From NCBI GenBank assembly GCA_963740905.1, contig CAVUFY010000011.1, forward strand, positions 22,864-86,863: a DNA stretch of 64,000 bases, written 5' to 3'. Position 1 is the stretch's first letter. Each line of letters opens with the position of its first letter. The position numbers and the translations under genes were made by a program. Below are positions 56,784 through 64,000 of the stretch, piece after piece. The stretch is from an uncultured delta proteobacterium (GTDB taxonomy: Bacteria > Desulfobacterota > DSM-4660 > Desulfatiglandales > HGW-15). Below the pieces are notes generated by a model that saw only the letters and a list, made by a program, of their open reading frames with translations, was not told where the DNA came from and searched no databases.

Positions 56784-58007
56784 CTACATCACTTCTTTGT
56801 CGCTTTCTTCGATGGCCCGGTCAATTTCCGACTTGAGCTGGGGCGGCAGGCCGGGGATGTCCACATTCAGGAAGCCACGAACAATCGTGGAGGTCGCCTC
56901 CCCCTCGCTCAACCCTCTCGACATAAGGTAGGAGATTTCTTCCTGGTTGATCTTTCCCACTGCCGCCTCGTGGGACATCTCGACCCCGTCCACATGACCT
57001 TCGAGCTCGGGAACAGCGTGGATCAACCCGCCTTTCAGGAGCAGGCCTTTACACTCCAGGTGGGCCTTGATATCCGCAACTTCTCCGATGAGGTGCCCCC
57101 GCGCGATGATCTTGCCGCCGTTGCTGATGGTGCGGGCCACAATCTCCGCCCGATTCCCCGGTTTCTTTAGGAAGATGCGCGCGCCGATGTCGTACTCGGA
57201 CCCGGGACTGCCTACGATGATGCTGTAGAACCGGGCCACGGCATTGTCGCCTTCAAGGTAGGTGACGGGATACATTTGAAGCGATTTAACGGGCTTCATG
57301 CAAATGTAGTTATTGAGGAACAAGCCTCCCTCTTCAACCCTGGCCACGGATCTCGGCCGGACGTACATATCCTCAGCCCAATTGTGGATCATGGTGAAGC
57401 TCAGTTTCGCGTTTTTCTTGACGAAGAACTCGGAGATCCCCACGTGAACGCCTCTTTTCATATGAGGCGACGTGGAGCACCCCGTGATAATATGGAGTTC
57501 CGAGCCCTCTTCGGCAACGATGATATTATGAATATTCTGCTGCAACCCCTCTTTGTCGAGGTAGAGACAGGCCTGAACAGGGTAGATGGACTTACTGCCG
57601 CGAAGGGCGCGGATCACGTAGCCGTCATGAAGGCCCAAGGCCGCGGCAGCCGTGTACTTGTCCGCATCCACGGAAACCAGCTTCCAGAAATACTCCCTGA
57701 TCCAGTCCTGTTCCAGAGCCTTCTGTACCGGTAGCACTTCAATGCCTTCCTGCTGGCTGTGGCAGTGAATGACGGAAGTGTCCATCTGGAAAAAAGTGCC
57801 GCCTCGTTCCTTTTGCGTCACATCGAGGCCTGCCATGATGAGCCGCTTCTGCTCCTCCGGAGGAAGTTCGCACATCTCCTCGTCCGCCATGTAAGAATGA
57901 GGCACCGGCGCGGCGTCGAACCGTCCAAGGTCGATATCTTCGCCAAAGGCGGCCTTTTTCCGGACCGCTGCTTCTGCTTTTTCTTTGAGTTCCCCTAGGC
58001 CATGCAT
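56784..58007 (-). CDS. sufB: SufB/SufD-family Fe-S scaffold (SmsB type)
   Basis: PVQACL, HNIIVAEEGS..IITGC, HVGISEF, HLECKGL, PEL and SHEAAVGKI..YLMSRG; alternative start 58016. Confidence 0.9.
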   Translation of the reverse strand: MHGLGELKEKAEAAVRKKAAFGEDIDLGRFDAAPVPHSYMADEEMCELPPEEQKRLIMAGLDVTQKERGGTFFQMDTSVIHCHSQQEGIEVLPVQKALEQDWIREYFWKLVSVDADKYTAAAALGLHDGYVIRALRGSKSIYPVQACLYLDKEGLQQNIHNIIVAEEGSELHIITGCSTSPHMKRGVHVGISEFFVKKNAKLSFTMIHNWAEDMYVRPRSVARVEEGGLFLNNYICMKPVKSLQMYPVTYLEGDNAVARFYSIIVGSPGSEYDIGARIFLKKPGNRAEIVARTISNGGKIIARGHLIGEVADIKAHLECKGLLLKGGLIHAVPELEGHVDGVEMSHEAAVGKINQEEISYLMSRGLSEGEATSTIVRGFLNVDIPGLPPQLKSEIDRAIEESDKEVM

Positions 58008-58753
58008 CTCACACATTCCTCGTACCCTGATTGGCTGATACAGTTCAAGATTTCCCGCGGATTGCTGATGCAGCTCAGCCTGCCGTCAAAAAGAACCTGG
58101 CCTTTATCCGCCGCCACGTAGTCCAGGATATAACCGGTGTGGGTGATAATGAGCCCCATCTTGGTGCGTTCCATCTTCTTCTGCATTTTCGATTTGTCTT
58201 CACCGCCCTCATAAGAGTTCTTTTCCAGGAGTTGGGCAATGGCCTTCCCCACCAGATGAATATTTTCCATGTCGACGCCCGATTCAGGCTCGTCAAAAAG
58301 CATCAGGTCCGGACTCTGCGCCATGAGTTGGAGAAGTTCGGATCGCTTGATCTCTCCACCTGAAAACCCTGCATTCACATCCCGCTCAAGAAAGTCCGTG
58401 AAATTGACTTTCTTTGCCAGATCCTCCACGTCGAGATTTCCCCCCCCGCATATTTTCACCATCTGCCGCGTTTTCAGTCCATGGATGGTGGGAGGTCGCT
58501 GGTAAGACATGCCGATGCCCAGCTGCGCCCGCTCATTGATGGGCATATGGGTGATATCCCGTCCTTTGAAACTCATCCTCCCGCCCATCACCTTGTACTG
58601 AGGATATCCCATAAGAGTCATGAGAAGGGATGTCTTTCCCGACCCGTTGGGACCGAACAGAACGTGGGTTTCCCCGGGCCTGATCTCCAGGTCGATGTGC
58701 TCCAGGACAACTTTTCCGTCGATCGCCACCTTAAGATCTTCTACACGAAGCAT
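57995..58753 (-). CDS. sufC: SufC-family ABC ATPase (SmsC type, C-terminal CxxC)
   Basis: GPNGSGKT, GFSGGEIKRSE, DEPESGVD, ITH and C-terminal EECVRC. Confidence 0.9.
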   Translation of the reverse strand: MLRVEDLKVAIDGKVVLEHIDLEIRPGETHVLFGPNGSGKTSLLMTLMGYPQYKVMGGRMSFKGRDITHMPINERAQLGIGMSYQRPPTIHGLKTRQMVKICGGGNLDVEDLAKKVNFTDFLERDVNAGFSGGEIKRSELLQLMAQSPDLMLFDEPESGVDMENIHLVGKAIAQLLEKNSYEGGEDKSKMQKKMERTKMGLIITHTGYILDYVAADKGQVLFDGRLSCISNPREILNCISQSGYEECVRCMA

Positions 58754-58801
58754 GGCGCAAACCTCCGATCAAATGCTGATGACAAGTTAGTGCAAGCCCC
58801 C

Positions 58802-58855
58802 TACTGAACGCTGAACCACTGAACACTGTTTATCACTCGACACTCGCTACTCACT
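58802..58855. repeat. Degenerate heptamer tandem repeat (ACTGAAC/CACTCGA-like)
   Basis: TACTGAACGCTGAACCACTGAACACTG..CACTCGACACTCGCTACTCACTC. Confidence 0.55.
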
Positions 58856-58856
58856 C

Positions 58857-59582
58857 CTACGCAAGATACGCCGACCACTGTTTTGCCGTTTCCCTGATGT
58901 AACCCGGCCTTACTTTTGTCACAATCCTGTTATGCCCCGGTAAAAGCACTTGTACATCCAGTTCGGCGAGCTGCATTAGAGACTTGCCAAGGGTTGGCCC
59001 ATCCGCGCCATGGAGGTCAAACCGTCCGATGGCTGAATCCGCATATACCGTGTCCCCGGGGATAAGCACTTTCCGTTCCGGCTGATACAAGGCAATGCTG
59101 CCGGCCGAGTGCCCGGGAATGTGGAGGACCTCCCAGGACAGGCCGCCGATTTCCAGGGTCTCTCCCCCTTTCAGTTGCCTTGTCACATCGAATTTGAACG
59201 CCCCGGGTTCAAGGTTGTATTGGGACATGCACATGGTGCGAAACATCTCCATACCGTACACCCCTCGCTCATCCCCTTGTTCCAGGGGCCTCGCCTCCGC
59301 CTCATGAACCCAGAGTTCCGCATGGGGAACCTGCTCCATGATTTCCCTGAGGCTTCCGATGTGATCGAGGTGGGTGTGGGTCATAATGATTCTCTTGATA
59401 TCTTCCAGAGGAATTCCGAGTTTCCGTATCATCGTAACCTTGTACTGCCCCTTTCCCATCAAACCGGCATCGATCAGAGAAAGGTCCTTCGAATCCGGAA
59501 GGCCGATGACATAGACATGAGAATCCGGTATAAACTCATCCTGTCCTGGAACGTAGTAAACGCCTTGGGTGACTTCGGTCAT
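58857..59582 (-). CDS. MBL-fold metallo-hydrolase (glyoxalase II-like)
   Basis: IDAG, THTHLDHIG, PGHSAGS, GD and LPGH. Confidence 0.9.
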   Translation of the reverse strand: MTEVTQGVYYVPGQDEFIPDSHVYVIGLPDSKDLSLIDAGLMGKGQYKVTMIRKLGIPLEDIKRIIMTHTHLDHIGSLREIMEQVPHAELWVHEAEARPLEQGDERGVYGMEMFRTMCMSQYNLEPGAFKFDVTRQLKGGETLEIGGLSWEVLHIPGHSAGSIALYQPERKVLIPGDTVYADSAIGRFDLHGADGPTLGKSLMQLAELDVQVLLPGHNRIVTKVRPGYIRETAKQWSAYLA

Positions 59583-59702
59583 AGTTCGAATCTCCTGGGG
59601 GTGGACTTGATCGAAAAATTTTCCCCTTTGCGCCGGGCAGCAAAAGGGGTACTTCAGAAATATAACATTCCGCCCGCGGGTTCAAGGGTTAACACCGGGC
59701 GA

Positions 59703-59716
59703 TTGACAAATGTCAA
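59703..59716. promoter_or_regulatory. Candidate Fnr/Crp-like box / -35 element
   Basis: Perfect palindrome TTGAC-AAAT-GTCAA in the divergent MBL/radical SAM spacer. Confidence 0.4.
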
Positions 59717-59774
59717 AATTGTGACAAAATTGTAATATCATGATGATGGAGATTTGATCATGGAAGATGAAGGC

Positions 59775-60644
59775 ATGCATTACGAAGGCATGTGTATTCG
59801 ACCTCCGAGCGAAGCCGACAGCATCCTCCTCCAAGTTACCCTGGGTTGCAGCCACAACAAGTGCAGCTTTTGCGGGACTTACAAGGACAAGAGATTCACT
59901 ATTAAGGATGACAAGATCATTTTGAGCGATATCCTTTTTGCGTCGAAATATATGAAACGCCAAGACAAGGTATTCCTAATGGACGGCGATGCCCTCATTA
60001 TTCCCCGGAAGCGCCTCATGTGGATTATTGACAGAATCAACGATTATCTCCCATGGGTTAAAAGGATTGGTGCTTATGCCAACGCGAAGAGCATCAGGAT
60101 GAAAACCCACGAAGAACTCTTGGAGTTGCGCAGGAACAAACTGGGGATCCTTTACTACGGCGTGGAGACGGGCGATGATGAACTTCGCAGGAAAATCGAC
60201 AAAGGCTCAGATGCCAAGACCTGCGTTGAAATGGGCAGAAAGGTGAAAGAGGCGGGCATCAAGCTTTCTGTCACCGTGTTGCTCGGCATTGCGGGCAGGG
60301 AAAAGTCTCTTCAGCATGCCAAGGCAACGGGAGAACTCCTGAGCGATATGGATCCTGATTTTGTGGGAGCTCTCACGGTCATGCTCATTCCCGGCACCCC
60401 TCTGTACGATGAGTTCAGCGACGGCACTTTCCAGTTGCCGGACCAGCGAGGTCTTCTTCTGGAACTGAGAGAGATGATCCGCCACACGAATCTGACAAGG
60501 GGGCTTTTTTATTCCAATCATGCGTCCAACTATCTGCCCGTCAAGGCAAGGCTTCCCAGCGGCAAGCAGGATGCGCTGGATCTGATTGATCGGGCACTTC
60601 AAGGAGACGTGGGGCTGAGGCCGGAATGGATGCGGGCGCTCTGA
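59775..60644 (+). CDS. Radical SAM protein
   Basis: IRPPSEA..QVTLGCSHNKCSFC, FLMDGDAL, YYGVETG and SNHASNY. Confidence 0.9.
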   Translation: MHYEGMCIRPPSEADSILLQVTLGCSHNKCSFCGTYKDKRFTIKDDKIILSDILFASKYMKRQDKVFLMDGDALIIPRKRLMWIIDRINDYLPWVKRIGAYANAKSIRMKTHEELLELRRNKLGILYYGVETGDDELRRKIDKGSDAKTCVEMGRKVKEAGIKLSVTVLLGIAGREKSLQHAKATGELLSDMDPDFVGALTVMLIPGTPLYDEFSDGTFQLPDQRGLLLELREMIRHTNLTRGLFYSNHASNYLPVKARLPSGKQDALDLIDRALQGDVGLRPEWMRAL

Positions 60645-60773
60645 GCGCGGTCACCCTGGCAGCGACAACGTCGCAGTAAGCGCGATATTCCGGCAGGCAG
60701 TGGTTGACCTTGCTCACCGGAGGAGAGCCTGCTCCTGCAACAGCTGAAACAAGGAAGGGATTGATAAGCCGAC

Positions 60774-61541
60774 ATGGTTGACTTGACTCTAAGAAAACCT
60801 ATTCATCGATTCTTCCAGGATGGCCGCAGGGAGGCAGTTGAGGATGACATCATCAGGGAATCCAGTCTCCATATTCGCCTCGACGGCGCGGACTTTCTGG
60901 AGGCGATCCTGTCCTTCTCTCAAGTCGAGGAGTTCGTCATTGGTTTTTTGAGAACCCGGGGTCTTATCGAAAGCCTCCACGACGTCTCATCGCTTGAAAT
61001 GGAGGATCGGACGGTCTCCGTGATCAGGGTCCCTCGCCTTCGGGGCGCCTTCCCGAGGCTCGACTTGCTGGAAACCACGGGAACCAGGAACGTCAGCCTG
61101 GAGCGCCTCATCGGAGAGAAGAGGAACATTTCGCCCGATTTTCGCGTTCAGGCAGAGGTTCTCTTGAAGGCGGCTGAGGCTCTGGCCCGCATGCCCCTCT
61201 ACTCGGAAACCGGGGGCACTCATTGCTCCATCTTGTTTTCCCGGCACGGCGATCAACTGATGGCGGCTGAAGACATTGGAAGACACAATGCAGTGGACAA
61301 GGCCATCGGCGGGGGACTGATAAAAGGCGTGGATTTCGCCGCGTGCTGGCTTGCCGTATCCGGCCGCCTTCCCGCAGACATGGTGCTCAAGCCTCTGCTG
61401 GTCGGTATCCCCTTGATCGCTTCTGTTTCTGCCCCCACCTCAGAGGGGATTGAACTCGGCGAGCGGGCGGGCCTCACCGTGGTCGGTTTCCTGCGGGGCG
61501 GCCGGCTCAACTGCTACTCTCATCCCGGGCGGATAGAATGA
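60774..61541 (+). CDS. fdhD: Formate dehydrogenase accessory sulfurtransferase
   Basis: GFLRTRG, TGGTH, EDIGRHNAVDK, SGR, SAPT and GFLR; the CxxC loop is absent. Confidence 0.88.
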   Translation: MVDLTLRKPIHRFFQDGRREAVEDDIIRESSLHIRLDGADFLEAILSFSQVEEFVIGFLRTRGLIESLHDVSSLEMEDRTVSVIRVPRLRGAFPRLDLLETTGTRNVSLERLIGEKRNISPDFRVQAEVLLKAAEALARMPLYSETGGTHCSILFSRHGDQLMAAEDIGRHNAVDKAIGGGLIKGVDFAACWLAVSGRLPADMVLKPLLVGIPLIASVSAPTSEGIELGERAGLTVVGFLRGGRLNCYSHPGRIE

Positions 61542-61578
61542 GGGGTAAGCGGAGCGGTCATCTTCTGGGGCTACTTGA

Positions 61579-63060
61579 GTGACCACTATGGAAGCAGGAC
61601 ACCCGGAGTACCCCGCCAAATGGTTGGCTATGACCGGCGTGGGCACAGGTGTGCTCATGGCCACGTTGGATGCCAGCATCGTGAATATTTCGCTGCCCAC
61701 GATGGTCGAAGCCCTCCACACGAGTTTTGCCACTGTCCAGTGGATCATCCTGAGCTACATGCTTGTTTTGACTTCCTTGGTCCTGGGCATCGCTCGTCTC
61801 GGGGATATGCACTCAAAGAAGAAGCTGTATTCCGCAGGTCTGGGCCTTTTTACCGTGGGTTCTCTCCTATGCGGGCTGTCTCCGGGGGTTAACTGGCTGA
61901 TCGGCTTCCGGGCTCTCCAGGGCCTGGGTGCGGTGATGATGCAGGCCATGGGCGCAGCCATCATCACCGAGGTTTTCCCGGCCTCGGAACGCGGCAGGGC
62001 TCTGGGATTGATTGGGGGCATCGTCTCCGTCGGCCTGGCCTGCGGTCCGGCCATCGGCGGGGTGCTGATAGGCCTGGCAGGATGGCGGTCCATCTTCCTG
62101 GTCAATGTGCCTATCGGCTTGGTCGCCGCGTTCTTTGTCGCCAGACATGTCCCTCTTCTGCCACCGGTCCGGCACGGCCAGCGTTTCGATGTTCTAGGGG
62201 CCGGAATCATGCTGATTGCCCTGCTTTGCTATGCCCTGGCCATGACACTCGGCGAGACATCCGGCTTTGGGAACGTTCTCATCCGGACCCTGCTCCTTGT
62301 CACCGTTGTTGGAGCGGTCGCTCTCTTCATCGTGGAAGCCCGTGTGTCGCAGCCCATGATTGACCCGGAGCTGTTCCGAAACATCCTCTTCACCTTGAAC
62401 CTGCTGATGGGCTTCCTGGTTTTCATTACCATTGCCGGCGTCATCATCTTTCCTTTCTTTCTGGAATGGGTCAAAGGTTACAGTACTGAGCAGGTGGGCC
62501 TGATGATGATGATCGTGCCCATTTCCATGGGCGTGGTCGCTCCCATAGCCGGCACCCTGTCGGATAGGTTCGGATCACGCGGCATCAGTCTTATCGGCCT
62601 GCTCGTGGTGACGGCCGGATGCCTGTCTATCAGTACGCTGCATAAAGACGTCAGTGCGGCAGGCTACGTCGTTCGCATGATTCCACTGGGAATCGGCTTG
62701 GGCATCTTTCAATCCCCCAACAACAGCGCGATCATGGGTGCCGTGCCCAAAGAGAGATTGGGCGTTGCCTCGGGTCTCCTGTCGCTGTCGCGTACGCTGG
62801 GTCAGTCCACCGGTTTGCCCCTCATGGGAGCCCTCTTCATCACCCTCGTCTATCGTCATGGACACATGCTTCCAGGTGAAAGTCTGAGCCATGCCCCGGC
62901 GGAGGCTCTGGTAGCGGGCATAACGATTACCTATCGCATAGCTGCCCTAATCATCCTGGCTTCCACGGTTATGGCCGCCGCCGCTGTGTGGATCGAGAAT
63001 CGCCGCAGGTCCAGCCGGCGTCATGACTCCAACCCGCCGGAGCCTCAGCCTCAGCGGTAA
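61579..63060 (+). CDS. MFS drug:H+ antiporter-2 (DHA2/EmrB-like)
   Basis: LDASIVNISLP, RALQGLG, ERGRALG, GPAIGG, WRSIFLVNVPIG and SPNN. Confidence 0.92.
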   Translation: MTTMEAGHPEYPAKWLAMTGVGTGVLMATLDASIVNISLPTMVEALHTSFATVQWIILSYMLVLTSLVLGIARLGDMHSKKKLYSAGLGLFTVGSLLCGLSPGVNWLIGFRALQGLGAVMMQAMGAAIITEVFPASERGRALGLIGGIVSVGLACGPAIGGVLIGLAGWRSIFLVNVPIGLVAAFFVARHVPLLPPVRHGQRFDVLGAGIMLIALLCYALAMTLGETSGFGNVLIRTLLLVTVVGAVALFIVEARVSQPMIDPELFRNILFTLNLLMGFLVFITIAGVIIFPFFLEWVKGYSTEQVGLMMMIVPISMGVVAPIAGTLSDRFGSRGISLIGLLVVTAGCLSISTLHKDVSAAGYVVRMIPLGIGLGIFQSPNNSAIMGAVPKERLGVASGLLSLSRTLGQSTGLPLMGALFITLVYRHGHMLPGESLSHAPAEALVAGITITYRIAALIILASTVMAAAAVWIENRRRSSRRHDSNPPEPQPQR

Positions 63061-63440
63061 CTTCCCGGACCACCGTCTAATGCGGGCTCTTTGGCCGCAA
63101 CCAAGCGTTTGTGCGAAGCCGATCCATGGGGAGATCTCTTCCTGAAATCCGACTCCATCGGATTTCAGATAATTCTCGCCTGTATTCAAGATGGGGTGCG
63201 GCAGTTTCGAGAAGCTGATTTTCATTTGACATCCCCTGGGTCGTGTTCTAGACTGCAAGCTGAGAATTTGTCAGGCAATGATAAAATAATCGTTCTGCCG
63301 GTGCACGGTTGCACTAACCGGCGTAATTGTGGTTTTCAGGCAGAATCAAATGCACCTTGTTCCCCGAGTCAATTCAACGGAACCTATCGGAGTCTACACC
63401 ACAGGGTTCAGTAACCAATAAAGAAGATTTTGGAGGTCCG

Positions 63441-64000
63441 ATGGACTTTCTGGAGACTTTAACCGTTTCGCAGGTCCTTGAAAGGGCAGCCGGCCTGGTG
63501 CCTAAGAAAGTAGCGGTAATCGACGGAGAACGCAGAACCACCTATCAAGAACTGGACGCCTTAGCCACCTCTGTTGCCATTCGTCTGTCTGAACTGGGAT
63601 GCAAGAAAGGCGACAGGATCGCCATTTACATGAAGAATTCCCTGGAACTCGTCGTTGCTTTTTACGCTCTTCAGAAGCTCGGAGTGATCGTTGCGTGGGT
63701 CAACCCGAATTATCGACGGTCGGAGGCAGAGTTCATTCTCGGAAATTCCGGGGCAAAAGGCGTCTTCATCTTCAGGGAATGGGAACGGCATGATTACCTC
63801 GCCTCTGTTCTGGAGATGAAAGAAAGCCTGCCCGAACTCGACTCCATATTCGTTGTTGGGGAGGGGAAAGGACAGGGCGTTCACTCATTCGATGACCTCA
63901 TCAAAAAAGGAGCTCGAAACAAACTCTCCCCGACTCCGCTGGATGCGGACAAGGATCTCTCTATGCTGATTTACACCTCAGGGACAACGGGAAAGCCGAA
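63441..64000 (+). CDS. Acyl-CoA synthetase (3' end runs off window)
   Basis: Absent from the ORF track. SD GGAGG, then MDFLETLTVSQVLERAA..TYQEL..KGDRIAI..VNP..LIYTSGTTGKP. Confidence 0.9.
   Translation, partial: MDFLETLTVSQVLERAAGLVPKKVAVIDGERRTTYQELDALATSVAIRLSELGCKKGDRIAIYMKNSLELVVAFYALQKLGVIVAWVNPNYRRSEAEFILGNSGAKGVFIFREWERHDYLASVLEMKESLPELDSIFVVGEGKGQGVHSFDDLIKKGARNKLSPTPLDADKDLSMLIYTSGTTGKP

Noticed and set aside
56784-58753. Two-gene SufCB as a novel Fe-S system
   Set aside because: Matches the described SUF-like minimal system (SmsCB)
1-64000. CRISPR array, tRNA/rRNA, prophage, transposase or integrase
   Set aside because: No regularly spaced repeats, cloverleafs or such proteins were seen by eye

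Overview
A 64-kb, GC-rich chromosomal stretch from an anaerobic diderm bacterium; gene content suggests Desulfobacterota (inference). Left: lptD (partial), folC, a UvrD/PcrA helicase, a zinc-ribbon/YIP1 protein, a Crp/Fnr plus cNMP/PilZ signalling cluster and a MoxR-VWA pair. 11.7-28.3 kb: a minus-strand block behind a sigma54-type promoter, encoding a cytoplasmic [NiFe]-hydrogenase (HoxE, HoxF, HoxU-like, HoxY, HoxH, protease). Its NuoF/HydB subunit keeps bifurcating-type motifs but is fused to a GltD/NfnL-like FAD/NADPH module, and the operon is flanked by three histidine kinases and four response regulators without DNA-binding domains. Middle: a MITE, htpX, a GT9 glycosyltransferase, frameshifted tilS and antitoxin/attC-like debris. 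33.4-50.4 kb: a catabolic island with two TRAP transporters, two MBL hydrolases, a strongly divergent B12 acyl-CoA mutase, an MmgE/PrpD protein, two CoA ligases and a stand-alone FrdA-like flavoprotein. Right: orphan motB-motA, speD, mtnA, ilvE, a LarA homolog, a minimal SufCB (SMS) pair, an MBL hydrolase, a radical SAM protein, fdhD, an MFS exporter and a partial CoA ligase. No rRNA, tRNA, CRISPR array or transposase was seen. Several small palindromic repeat families occur between genes. Single-base frameshifts, including one in essential tilS, suggest indel errors in the assembly. All calls come from reading motifs by eye; no searches were run.
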